41,844 nt of DNA from an uncultured Syntrophobacterales bacterium (GTDB lineage Bacteria > Desulfobacterota > BSN033 > WVXP01 > G020346125): NCBI GenBank assembly GCA_964346935.1, contig CAYFXP010000278.1:1-41844 (forward strand), read 5' to 3'. The notes beneath the pieces are model-generated. The model was not told where the DNA came from. It ran no database searches and was given only the letters and a program-made list of their open reading frames with translations. Each line of letters opens with the position of its first letter. The first letter of the stretch is position 1. Of the stretch, positions 1-9,166 are shown one piece after another. The position numbers and the translations under genes are program-made.

Positions 1-9
1 AAGGAAGAC

Positions 10-87
10 GGGGTCGTAGTTCAGCACGGTTAGAACGCCGGCCTGTCACGCCGGAGGTCGCGAGTTCAAATCTCGTCGGCCCCGCCA
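10..87 (+). tRNA. tRNA-Asp (anticodon GTC), CCA encoded
   Basis: Folded by hand. Acceptor stem ggggtcg/cggcccc (one G-U). Anticodon stem ccggc/gccgg with loop ctGTCac. T-arm gcgag-ttcaaat-ctcgt. Discriminator g followed by cca. Confidence 0.9.
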
Positions 88-94
88 GTAAGAG

Positions 95-132
95 CAAGGA
101 GCTGGTAATTAAGACTGGCTCCTTGTTTTTTT
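95..132 (+). terminator. Rho-independent terminator after tRNA-Asp
   Basis: Stem caaggagc (95-102) pairs with gctccttg (118-125) and is followed by a T7 run (126-132). Confidence 0.6.
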
Positions 133-433
133 GTGATAGGATTTTATTGCGCACTGAGTGGTTTGTCCCTTGTCAAGCGCTGACCCCTTGTCCCTTTTAT
201 ATGGGCAGATTCGATTCAAGAGATATATTGAGTTTTACTGGTCAAAAATCATGAAAGGAGAAAGATGAAAGATGACGACTAATCTCACCAAGGATGTAAA
301 ACAATATGTTCTTGATCAAGGGATGGATCTTGTAGCCATCGCTTAGAGGTCGGAACTGGATGAACTGACACCAGAGGGCTACAATCGGCCGAAAGACCTT
401 CTGCCTGAATGCAAAACAACGATTGTTCTGGTC

Positions 434-1066
434 TTGAAATGGAATGATGTGCTGATTGACGGTTTACCTGAACTCCGGCCAATGTACAGTCGAATGATGA
501 TCATGATGAACAGTTTCTTAGATACGACAATCCTTACGATTTCACATTTTCTTCAAAAGAAGGGGTTTCTAGCGCTGCCAGTTCATATGTCTGATCCCTA
601 TGATCTGATCAATCTGAAAGGAGTGCTTTCACATAAACATGCGGCTGTTCAGGCCGGCCTGGGAGAGTTTGGATTGAGCAATCTATTGCTGACACCACAA
701 TTCGGTCCGAGACAGCGATTTGCGCAAATCCTGACAGATGCGGAACTGGTTCCGGACAAGCCTATTCATCAAAATTTGTGCGAAGAAACTATTCCCGAAT
801 GTCAATTCGCCTGCATTAAAGCTTGTCCTTATAATTACATACCAAACCCGTACAAAAACGATTCCCGGGTGATGAAGAAAACGAGAGTTCAAGGGGTCGA
901 CATCAACAAGCAGGGATGCTCATATTATCAGGTCCGTGGTCTTCTGCGCATGGGAAGAAACGGATATACCTATCGTTGCGGACTCTGTATCAGTGCATGT
1001 CCGGTAGGTTCCGAAATCCCTAAACGTGAAACCATTGCCAAGGGAATTCGACCGAGCATCAAATAA
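434..1066 (+). CDS. 4Fe-4S protein, epoxyqueuosine-reductase / reductive-dehalogenase-like. This is the uninterrupted part; the reading frame continues upstream to ATG 272 across an in-frame TAG at 344-346.
   Basis: The motif LSHKHAAVQAGLGEFGLSNLLLTPQFGPRQRF is typical of the QueG-like family. Cys clusters: CEETIPECQFACIKACP and CGLCISACP. The same frame upstream reads MTTNLTKDVKQYVLDQGMDLVAIA-TAG-RSELDELTPEGYNRPKDLLPECKTTIVLV, which looks like the family N-terminus. Confidence 0.6.
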   Translation: MKWNDVLIDGLPELRPMYSRMMIMMNSFLDTTILTISHFLQKKGFLALPVHMSDPYDLINLKGVLSHKHAAVQAGLGEFGLSNLLLTPQFGPRQRFAQILTDAELVPDKPIHQNLCEETIPECQFACIKACPYNYIPNPYKNDSRVMKKTRVQGVDINKQGCSYYQVRGLLRMGRNGYTYRCGLCISACPVGSEIPKRETIAKGIRPSIK

Positions 1067-1858
1067 CAAGGAGGAAGGTTGTGGAAGTAGAAGTTGGCAA
1101 GAAACGAGGCTAAAGGCAGGTCTCACCATTTGACATTTTCTACAACGTTAAAAAAAATTGACCCCTTTTTCTCTGAGGGGATCAATCTCTCAACCTAACA
1201 ACTAGTGCTCAGTCCCAAAAAGTGGAAAAAGGGTTAACCCTTGACAAGGGACATTTGGGATTATAAGCAGATCGGGTCAAATCGGTAAAACTGAGAAGAG
1301 ACAATGCGTTAAAATAACTTAGAATAATTAGATCTAATTTGTCCTATTTCAAGGGCTGGCCCCTCCCTCTCGATAACAATCGGTCCTCGGCCCTTCCCGG
1401 ATGGCCTTAGGGCGAACACAGCATTGGGTGTCTGATAAAAGAAGCCAGAACGGATAGAAGTTCATCGGAGGCAAATAAAGGCCTCACGTTTAAGGAGGCC
1501 GCTAGCTCGATTGATAGCTGAAGGAGTAATGGATAGGAGTAATGGATGTCTTAAACGAAAAAGGAGCTTGACAACAAGCAGCCTCATAGAAAGTTATGGC
1601 TCACCTCGCAAGTTCGGGATAGGCGTCTGACAAAAAGAGATCAGTACAGATTGAAGTTCCTTCCTGCCAATCAAAGCCTGGTTCTGAAATAATGGACCAT
1701 GGACCATAAAGATTACCCTGAGTCGATATAATATTGATATATCCTACAAAAAGCTAACTTATTACCTTTCGTACCACATTGGACAAGCTCACAGAAATAC
1801 CGTCCTCTCTTTCTATGTCGGCCTTAACTGCCCAAAAATTAAGGGAAAACGATATGTG

Positions 1859-1886
1859 TTGACTATTTTTGTCAATCCAGTAGAAT
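1859..1886 (+). promoter_or_regulatory. Candidate sigma-70 promoter (TTGACT-16-TAGAAT) for the downstream OMP gene
   Basis: TTGACT at 1859-1864, a 16-nt spacer and TAGAAT at 1881-1886, about 115 nt upstream of ATG 2002. Confidence 0.35.
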
Positions 1887-2001
1887 GGATGCTAACAGAG
1901 CCGGGTGAAAAAGATGTTCTCAAGAACAAGACGAGAGCCGCTCAGCTCATCTCAGGCGTTCCATTTCGAGTTGAGGTGGTTTTGCATAAGGAGGATTGCT
2001 T

Positions 2002-2544
2002 ATGAAGGAAAGAAGGCTGATCTGGACCGGCGTGATTATCGTGGTATTCCTTGCGCTCACGCAATTCGCTGAGGCCAAGCAGGAGTTTAAAGACCAAAGA
2101 ACCGGAAGCTTTATCTTTGGAGTTGGTCTTGGTCTTCAAGGCGATACGCCTGATGGCACATCCTTTGCCCTTGGCCTGACTGGCGATTACTACCTCACCC
2201 AAGGGTTCTCAATCGGTCCGCTGCTCCAGATGGGCATCACCGAAGATCTCTTCCAACTCGGTCTTTCCGCCCAGGCAAAATATACCTTCGACCTGGCTGA
2301 AATCCCGGAACTCAAACCCCATATCGAGGGCGGCATCGGATTTATCTATTCAGATCTAGACCGAAGGTTAAGGAGAGACGAGGACGACGTCAGTTTCATC
2401 ATTCCCGCTGGAATAGGGGCCGAGTATAGACTGACTAACTCGATATCGCTAGATACCACCTTCCTCTTCAATTTCACCAACCTTGACGTCCGGGACGAGG
2501 ATTTCTTTTTCACCTGGCTCGTTGGGTTGAAGTTTCAGTTCTAG
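2002..2544 (+). CDS. Small outer-membrane beta-barrel protein (OmpW/OmpA-beta-barrel-like)
   Basis: RBS AAGGAGG lies 7 nt upstream of ATG 2002. Signal peptide ends in AEA. The sequence has alternating amphipathic strands and a C-terminal ...GLKFQF ending in Phe. Confidence 0.65.
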   Translation: MKERRLIWTGVIIVVFLALTQFAEAKQEFKDQRTGSFIFGVGLGLQGDTPDGTSFALGLTGDYYLTQGFSIGPLLQMGITEDLFQLGLSAQAKYTFDLAEIPELKPHIEGGIGFIYSDLDRRLRRDEDDVSFIIPAGIGAEYRLTNSISLDTTFLFNFTNLDVRDEDFFFTWLVGLKFQF

Positions 2545-2685
2545 CCATTGGGGAATCTTGCCCAGACGAAAAGCGGGGGTATGCCCGGAGGGGGACTGTG
2601 TTCTTTTTTCTTGTCCCTGGTAGGTTCCAAGGTTCCTTCGTGAAACTCTTGCTTCCAAAAAGTCTAAACAGGAAGGAAGGACTGA

Positions 2686-3192
2686 TCACCGAGCGGTCAC
2701 GCCGCCAATTATTTTCCATTTCTCATCCTGCTTCATCCAAATGTGCGTAACACGAATCGAAAATTCATACTGCATCGCTCGCCCACGCCCATGCATTATA
2801 TTCAAGAAATAATATGCAATAGCAAAGTTGCCAAAGATCTTAATTTCAAGCGGTCTGATCGCCCCAAAGGTATCGAGATCCATATTAGAGTACATTCCAA
2901 TTTTTGATCTCACCAGGTCTCTATACGAAGTTTTGTTAACGGGCCCCTCGGAGTTGAAGGGCGGCTCTGCGGGGAAAGTCCAACCGACGTAGTCTTTGTG
3001 GTGCAACGCAATAAAGGCGCCTAGATCTCTTTGCCTCCATAACTTCCAATATGCTTTTTCCATTCCCCAGATCTCTTTTTGGATTGCCGACCACTCCTTC
3101 CCGGAAGCTTGAACACCCCAAAGAACTCCGACACTAAGGATAAGCAGGGCTGCTGATAGTTTGACTGAAAGCCTTATCACACTATGTTTCAT
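2686..3192 (-). CDS. Secreted NTF2-like / SnoaL/DUF4440-family protein
   Basis: Strong RBS (aaaggagg) and an N-terminal signal peptide. The pattern ...WRQRDLGAFIALHHKDYVGW...THIWMKQDEKWKIIG resembles DUF4440. Confidence 0.6.
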   Translation of the reverse strand: MKHSVIRLSVKLSAALLILSVGVLWGVQASGKEWSAIQKEIWGMEKAYWKLWRQRDLGAFIALHHKDYVGWTFPAEPPFNSEGPVNKTSYRDLVRSKIGMYSNMDLDTFGAIRPLEIKIFGNFAIAYYFLNIMHGRGRAMQYEFSIRVTHIWMKQDEKWKIIGGVTAR

Positions 3193-3359
3193 GAGAGCAC
3201 CTCCTTTGGATTTTGGTCCGGAAGAGACGAAAAATATTATAAATATAAGCGGATGACTTAATTATATCAATGTTATATCATGATTTATAATCCGCAGATG
3301 AATAAGGTCGACGAGGAACTATATCTGATTTTCATCAACTATAATCTACATACGTCCGG

Positions 3360-4637
3360 GTGATGATAATGAAATCGAAAACAGAAAAAGAAGTTCTGAG
3401 ACACATAAACAGAAGCCAAGATAGGATTATGGAATTTTTGAGGAAATTAATATCCTTTCCCAGTGTAACAGGCAATGAGCTGGAAATTCAAAAATTTATT
3501 GCCAGCAAACTCAAAGGTATGGGTCTTGAGGTTGACATGTGGGAACCGGATCATGAGGAGTTGAAACGACACCCTGCCTATGTACCTGTTGAAGGTGGAT
3601 ATACGAATAGACCGAACGTTGTTGGAACATATAAAGGGACCGGAAAGGGGAAATCCTTGCTTTTCAATGGCCATGTTGACGTCATTCCACCGGGGCCTTT
3701 GGATGTGTGGAAGCACGGACCATGGGGAGGCGATACGGAGGAGAATCGGCTCTATGGAAGGGGCGCCTCGGATATGAAGAGCGGCCTCGCTGCAATGACG
3801 ATGGCCCTTGATAGTTTAATACGTTCAAAAGTGAAACTAAAAGGGAACGTAATCCTTGAATACACGGTGGATGAGGAGCAAAGCGGAAATGGCACACTGG
3901 CGTGTGTAATGAAGGGGTACCAGGCTGATGCCGGGATCTGTTGTGAGACCAGTAGTCTTAATGTTCAGCCCGCCTGTATCGGGAGGATTTGGTTCGAAAT
4001 CTCTGTTAGAGGGAAACCGGCCGGGATCCAGAGACGATGGGAGGGTGTCAATGCAATAGAAAAGGGCTACGCGATCATGGAGGCAGTTTCAAACCTTGAA
4101 CAAATCAGGATCAATGAATTGAGACATCCCCTCTATCCTGATAATCGAAGCGCGCTCCCCTGTATGGTTGGTGTATTTGAAGCTGGGACCTTCGCGAGTG
4201 CATTCCCTGATACGTGTCTGCTGAAAGGGAGTATTGCTACTCTTCCCGGAGAAGATACAACTGAAGTGAAGCAGAGCTTTGTTGATCATGTATTGACTTT
4301 TTCAAGAAGGGATCCCTGGCTCAAGAACAACCCACCTGAAGTGAAATTTGTCGGTTATTGCGGTGATCCAGCTGAGATATCTCCGGATCATCCAATTGTT
4401 ACTACCGTGAGTGAAAAGTTTGGAGTAGTTCTCAGGAGGGAACCACAGGTCACAGGAAGGCAAGGAGCTGCTGATACGAGGTATCTGATAAAATACGGCA
4501 ACACCCCGACATTGATTTTCGGACCCGGTTTGACAGAACAGATGCATGCAACCAATGAGTGGGTGGACACGAATGATGTGGTTGCCGCAACTAAGATTAT
4601 GGCTCTGACTGTTATGGAATGGTGTGGCTATCACTAA
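3360..4637 (+). CDS. M20-family metallopeptidase/deacylase (ArgE/DapE/CPG2-like)
   Basis: Motifs LLFNGHVDVIPPG, GRGASDMKSGLAAM and DEEQSGNG are typical M20 metal and catalytic motifs. The exact start (GTG 3360, or ATG 3363/3369) is uncertain. Confidence 0.8.
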   Translation: MMIMKSKTEKEVLRHINRSQDRIMEFLRKLISFPSVTGNELEIQKFIASKLKGMGLEVDMWEPDHEELKRHPAYVPVEGGYTNRPNVVGTYKGTGKGKSLLFNGHVDVIPPGPLDVWKHGPWGGDTEENRLYGRGASDMKSGLAAMTMALDSLIRSKVKLKGNVILEYTVDEEQSGNGTLACVMKGYQADAGICCETSSLNVQPACIGRIWFEISVRGKPAGIQRRWEGVNAIEKGYAIMEAVSNLEQIRINELRHPLYPDNRSALPCMVGVFEAGTFASAFPDTCLLKGSIATLPGEDTTEVKQSFVDHVLTFSRRDPWLKNNPPEVKFVGYCGDPAEISPDHPIVTTVSEKFGVVLRREPQVTGRQGAADTRYLIKYGNTPTLIFGPGLTEQMHATNEWVDTNDVVAATKIMALTVMEWCGYH

Positions 4638-4712
4638 AAAGAGCATGTCAAATGCTTTGGGAAGAAGAGGCCTAAAGAAATACATGAAAAGGGTGGAGAG
4701 AGAGGGGACCAC

Positions 4713-5891
4713 ATGACCAACTTAGAGGTGAAATTTGCGGGTGTGAAGATGCGCAATCCATTAATATTGGCTTCGGCGACTCCGAGTTGGGATGGTCAGA
4801 GATCAAATCGAGCTTGGAAAGCAGGGGCCGGCGGCGTTGTTCCCAAGAGTTTTGCACCACCGTCAAAATGGGAGAAGCATCCTCGCTGTGGTCGAATGAA
4901 ACTCGTTAAGCATGGAAAAAATCCGATTGGAATGGTGAATATTGAATTGTATACGACAATGACGCTGCGAGATTGGTTAGAGAGGGAATTAGATAAGGCC
5001 TATGAAGATGGTAGCACAATCATAGCAAGTGTCGTAGCCCATCCAAATTCTGAAGATACCGGAAGAAATGCGAAGATAATTGAGGATACGGGGAAAGTGG
5101 TTATGGTTGAGATTAATGTTTCTTGTCCTATGCCTGCAGACCAAGACAGGGTTGGTTTCCAGATGGGCAATGATCCTAACAGCTGCTTTGATCAAGTTAA
5201 AGCGGTAAAAAAAGCAGTGACACTTCCAGTTGGTATCAAGCTGAGCCCAACCACTCACAACATGGTGCCGATGGCTCTTGCAGCTGAACGGGCGGGGGCT
5301 GATTTTCTCACCATAGGAAATTCCATCCGTTCCTTTGCCGGAGTGGATATTTCAACGGGATTGCCGAAGCTGGCTGCATATGGTGGATACAGGGGTCCAG
5401 CCATTAAACCCATTACGCAACGCCATGTGTCAGAGGTAGCCAAGGCGGTAAGAATCCCGATCTCAGCGTGCGGAGGCATCACGAGCTGGGAGGACGTTAT
5501 AGAATATATTATGTTGGGATCAACAACGGTTCAGATATGTACCAGTATCATGTGGCACGGGTATGGGCATTTTCAAAAACTCTTAAGAGGTCTTTCAAAC
5601 TATATGGAATGTGAATCCCTCGATTCTTTGGAAAGCATTCGAGGGAAAACGTTGCGACATATTGTAACAATTGATGAGCTAGCTAAAAACCCACCAATGG
5701 TTGCCCGGGTGGATTCAGAGAAATGTATAAACCTGACCAAGGGTGGGTGCAAACGTTGCGAGAAGGTGTGTTTTTACGGGGCCATTGAATTCGCCCCGGC
5801 GCTTAGACTTCACGGGGGAAAATGTGATGGATGTGGGTTGTGCATGGAGATTTGTCCTGTTAAAGCACTAGAACTGGTTAGACCAAGCTAA
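4713..5891 (+). CDS. Dihydroorotate/dihydropyrimidine dehydrogenase-family flavoprotein (PreA-like) with a C-terminal 2x[4Fe-4S] ferredoxin domain
   Basis: TIM-barrel motifs: INVSCP, GIKLSP, GGYRGPAIKP and ACGGITSWEDV. C-terminal Cys motifs: CKRCEKVC and CDGCGLCMEICP. Confidence 0.75.
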   Translation: MTNLEVKFAGVKMRNPLILASATPSWDGQRSNRAWKAGAGGVVPKSFAPPSKWEKHPRCGRMKLVKHGKNPIGMVNIELYTTMTLRDWLERELDKAYEDGSTIIASVVAHPNSEDTGRNAKIIEDTGKVVMVEINVSCPMPADQDRVGFQMGNDPNSCFDQVKAVKKAVTLPVGIKLSPTTHNMVPMALAAERAGADFLTIGNSIRSFAGVDISTGLPKLAAYGGYRGPAIKPITQRHVSEVAKAVRIPISACGGITSWEDVIEYIMLGSTTVQICTSIMWHGYGHFQKLLRGLSNYMECESLDSLESIRGKTLRHIVTIDELAKNPPMVARVDSEKCINLTKGGCKRCEKVCFYGAIEFAPALRLHGGKCDGCGLCMEICPVKALELVRPS

Positions 5892-5977
5892 AAATACTTT
5901 CATGGGTTCTATCGCGCAAAAAGCCTTTAAAATCGTTGTGAAAGAAGGTAGTTTTGGTCCAATCCAGGGGAGAAACG

Positions 5978-7456
5978 ATGATCCAGAAAAGGGCCTTTGA
6001 TAACGAAAAGTATATCAAAGAGCAGGCATCCGAAATCCTTGAAAGGGTGAACCGCTTCAACAAGCTCTACCTCGAGTTCGGCGGGAAGCTCCTCTACGAC
6101 TACCACGCCGCGCGGGTGCTGCCCGGGTATGACCCCAACGTCAAGATGCGGCTTATCCGAGAGCTTAAAGACGAGGCGGACATCCTCCTTTGCATCTATG
6201 CCGGGGACATCGAACGCAAGAAGATCCGGGCGGATTTCGGCGTCACCTACGACTCCGACGCGCTCAAGCTGATCGACGACCTCCGGAACTGGGGCATCGA
6301 TGTTCTGGGTGTCGTGATCACACGCTTCGAAGGGCAACCGGCAGCCCTTCTCTTCAGGAACAAGCTGGAGAGGCGGAATATCCCGGTCTCAACTCACCGC
6401 TACACCAAGGGCTACCCCACGGACGTGGAACTGATAGTGAGCGATGAGGGTTACGGCGCCAACGAGTACATTGAGACTGACAACCCCCTCGTCATCGTTA
6501 CCGGTCCGGGGAGCGGGAAGATGGCCACCTGCCTCTCCCAGCTCTATCACGACTACAAGAGGGAAATCAAATCCGGCTACGCCAAGTTCGAAACCTTTCC
6601 CATCTGGAACCTTCCGCTCAAGCACCCCGTGAACGTGGCATATGAGGCCGCCACCGCCGACCTCCGGGACTTTAACCTCATCGACCCCTTCCACCTCGAA
6701 GCCTATGGTGAGATGGCGATCAACTACAACCGGGACGCCGAGGTGTTCCCCATGCTCAAAAGGATCCTCGAAAAGATCACGGGGGGAGTTTCCTTCTATA
6801 AATCCCCCACGGACATGGGAGTCAACAGGGCCGGGTTCGCCATCATCGATGATGAGGTCACACAGGAGGCCGCCAGGCTGGAGATAATCCGGCGATATTT
6901 CCGGTACCGCTGCGAGTACGTCATGGGTTTCTCAGACCGGGATACTGTTCAGCGGGTCGAGCTTTTTCTCAAGGATTTCAACCTGAGCCGGGAGGCCGCA
7001 CGGGATGCCCGGGAACGAAACAAGGGCAATGAGGGAATTTACTGGGGCGCGGCCATTGAACTGAATGATGGAACGATAATTACGGGGAGCAATTTACCCC
7101 TCATGCACGCCGCGTCGAGCATGGTGATCCACGCCATCAAGCACATGGCGGGCATTCCCGAAAAGATCAAACTGCTTCCCACCTTTATCACTGACTCGGT
7201 GAAAAATCTGAAAACGGAGATCCTGAACGAAAAATCGGTGAGCCTCGACATGGAGGAAACCCTCATCGCCCTCAGCATCAGTGCGACCACGAATTCCGCC
7301 CCCCAGCTCGCCGTTGAAAGGCTCAAGGACCTTCAGAACTGCGAGGCCCATATGACCCATATCCCCACCCCGGGCGATGAGGCTGGCCTGAGGCGCCTGG
7401 GTGTCAACCTAACGAGCGACCCCAACTTCTCCTCCAAGGATCTCTTCATTTCCTGA
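5978..7456 (+). CDS. DUF1846 / UPF0371-family protein
   Basis: The N-terminus MIQKRAFDNEKYIKEQ...LYLEFGGKLLYDYHAARVLPGYDPN is characteristic of UPF0371. ATG 5978 is preferred over the TTG at 5954 because of the upstream GGGGAGA. Confidence 0.75.
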   Translation: MIQKRAFDNEKYIKEQASEILERVNRFNKLYLEFGGKLLYDYHAARVLPGYDPNVKMRLIRELKDEADILLCIYAGDIERKKIRADFGVTYDSDALKLIDDLRNWGIDVLGVVITRFEGQPAALLFRNKLERRNIPVSTHRYTKGYPTDVELIVSDEGYGANEYIETDNPLVIVTGPGSGKMATCLSQLYHDYKREIKSGYAKFETFPIWNLPLKHPVNVAYEAATADLRDFNLIDPFHLEAYGEMAINYNRDAEVFPMLKRILEKITGGVSFYKSPTDMGVNRAGFAIIDDEVTQEAARLEIIRRYFRYRCEYVMGFSDRDTVQRVELFLKDFNLSREAARDARERNKGNEGIYWGAAIELNDGTIITGSNLPLMHAASSMVIHAIKHMAGIPEKIKLLPTFITDSVKNLKTEILNEKSVSLDMEETLIALSISATTNSAPQLAVERLKDLQNCEAHMTHIPTPGDEAGLRRLGVNLTSDPNFSSKDLFIS

Positions 7457-7563
7457 TTTGTCGCGCCTTGTATCGGAGAGCCTAAATCCGGATAAGCCGT
7501 TGGATCTCAAGGGATTGAGCAATCAGATAGCATATGCTTTACTCCTTATTGCAATAGAACTGG

Positions 7564-8034
7564 ATGAGGAAAGACATGAGCTCCTGGTGGATTGACGAGC
7601 CCCTGGTACTAGGAAGCAGTAATCCGACGACCGGCCAAGTCAAGAAACTCTATGAGGAGGGGTTTAGGAGCATCATCTCGCTCCTCGATGAGGGGGAACA
7701 AAGTCCCAACTATGACATCGAGGAAGTTGAGGCGATAGGATATAAGAGGTATTCCATTCCCCTAAAGGACTTCTCGGCTCCCAGGCTGGACGATTTGAAG
7801 ACATTTTTGGAAGTCGTGGATCGGGCCGTAGGCCAGGGCAAGGTATTAGTCCATTGTTACGCCGGGATAGGAAGAACCGGCACTATGGCTGCAGCCTATT
7901 GGATCAACAAAGGCCTATCCGTGAATGAGGCTATGAGCAAGGTTCGAAAATCGAATCCGGGCGTTATGCCGACCGATGAGCAAGAAAACAGCCTCTATGA
8001 GCTGGAAATATCTATTGCTGAGCGCTCTCGTTGA
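7564..8034 (+). CDS. Dual-specificity (Cys-based) protein phosphatase
   Basis: CX5R P-loop VHCYAGIGRTGT. Alternative start at ATG 7576. Confidence 0.75.
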   Translation: MRKDMSSWWIDEPLVLGSSNPTTGQVKKLYEEGFRSIISLLDEGEQSPNYDIEEVEAIGYKRYSIPLKDFSAPRLDDLKTFLEVVDRAVGQGKVLVHCYAGIGRTGTMAAAYWINKGLSVNEAMSKVRKSNPGVMPTDEQENSLYELEISIAERSR

Positions 8035-8185
8035 TTCTCCGTCCAAAAAGTTTCGTCAGATCCACCTTTCCTTCCTCCTTAAATGGGTGAAAAAAGTTTA
8101 CGGACGTTATCAAAAATTGTTCAGGCTCAAAGGAGAGGTATCAAATTTATCGTTTAATTTCAATTATTTATGTATAGGCACGTCT

Positions 8186-8201
8186 TGGCACAAAATATGC
8201 A
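8186..8201 (+). promoter_or_regulatory. Candidate sigma-54 (-24/-12) promoter TGGCAC-N6-TGCA
   Basis: The sequence cTTGGCACaaaatATGCAa has GG (8187-88) and GC (8199-8200) at the canonical 12-nt register, with one mismatch to TTGCA. It lies about 80 nt upstream of ATG 8284. Confidence 0.45.
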
Positions 8202-8283
8202 ATTTCCCGAAATGTGTTTTATCCATCAAAACTGGTGAAAAAACACCCTACAAAGAGGCACACGAACGATGGGGAGACGTACC

Positions 8284-8517
8284 ATGATCGGAGGAGAGAA
8301 GGCTCATTCAATCGATTCAAACCCCAATGGAGAGGAAAAGGCCGTCAATATTACCAAGACTACGGATATATACTGTGGCAGACCAACCACCGGTTATCAA
8401 GTAGTCAGGGCAGGCTTGGATGTAACGTTCGCTCCGGACTTGGAAAAAGTATATGCGCTCATTGACGAGTACTACAATGGACGGGAAAATGGATTCCATC
8501 GTGAAGAAAAGGATTAG
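8284..8517 (+). CDS. Hypothetical small protein (77 aa)
   Basis: ORF with GGGGAG 7 nt upstream of ATG 8284. I recognise no family. Confidence 0.4.
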   Translation: MIGGEKAHSIDSNPNGEEKAVNITKTTDIYCGRPTTGYQVVRAGLDVTFAPDLEKVYALIDEYYNGRENGFHREEKD

Positions 8518-8587
8518 GATAGTAGAAAGGCAAGGCTAGGTGACAGAGGCATAACGCGTCGGGCAAAAAAGGTTACTGGGGGGATAT

Positions 8588-9022
8588 ATGGATTTTACCA
8601 CAAAGGCAGCAGTTGGGCTGATTGCCCTTACCACTACAGTTCTGATAATTGGAGGATGTGCTCGTCCTCGCTGGACGGGACCGGGCGCTTTCAAGAAAAA
8701 GGAATTGGCACCAGAACACGACACCATACGTCTTACCTCTTCGCCCTCCGGTGCAAAAGTCTGGGTGGACGAGAGGGTTGTTGGTATTACTCCTGTGAGC
8801 TTCGATTTGAGTTTTAAGAGGGTGAAACATTACCGAGAAGATCTGCTCGTGGATGGGGATAAGATTCTTGAAAGGAAAAGGATCGAATGTGGGATGGAGT
8901 ATATCCCTGAAACCTATCATATCAAAATACAAAAACGTGGATACGGGGCCAATTCCCTTGAACACAGAGGTGATAACCGTGATGGGCGCTACCGAGCCCA
9001 CATTGTTCTCCAGAAGGAATAA
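8588..9022 (+). CDS. PEGA-domain lipoprotein
   Basis: Lipobox LIIGGC. PEGA-like segment LTSSPSGAKVWVDERVVGITPVSFDL. Confidence 0.65.
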   Translation: MDFTTKAAVGLIALTTTVLIIGGCARPRWTGPGAFKKKELAPEHDTIRLTSSPSGAKVWVDERVVGITPVSFDLSFKRVKHYREDLLVDGDKILERKRIECGMEYIPETYHIKIQKRGYGANSLEHRGDNRDGRYRAHIVLQKE

Positions 9023-9166
9023 ACCCCCATCGCCCCACCTCACCCTCGTATAAACCGGTTAAAGGTTTTCCTGCTAAGCCATAAGCCACCCCGGTTCAAA
9101 CAATTTCAAAAAAATCTGCCCAAGATAGTGCTAGGCTTTCCCTTATGTTGGGTCGTGTTTCCGGGC

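Noticed and set aside
344-346. The in-frame TAG read as a pyrrolysine codon.
   Set aside because: No pyl genes or PYLIS-like context are visible in the window, and this protein family is not known to use Pyl. A nonsense mutation, sequencing error or alternative start is more parsimonious. It is kept only as an option to test.
1-1995. A genomic island integrated at tRNA-Asp.
   Set aside because: There is no integrase gene, and I could find no direct repeat of the tRNA 3' end downstream. Only circumstantial signs are present (an interrupted gene and an ORF-free stretch).
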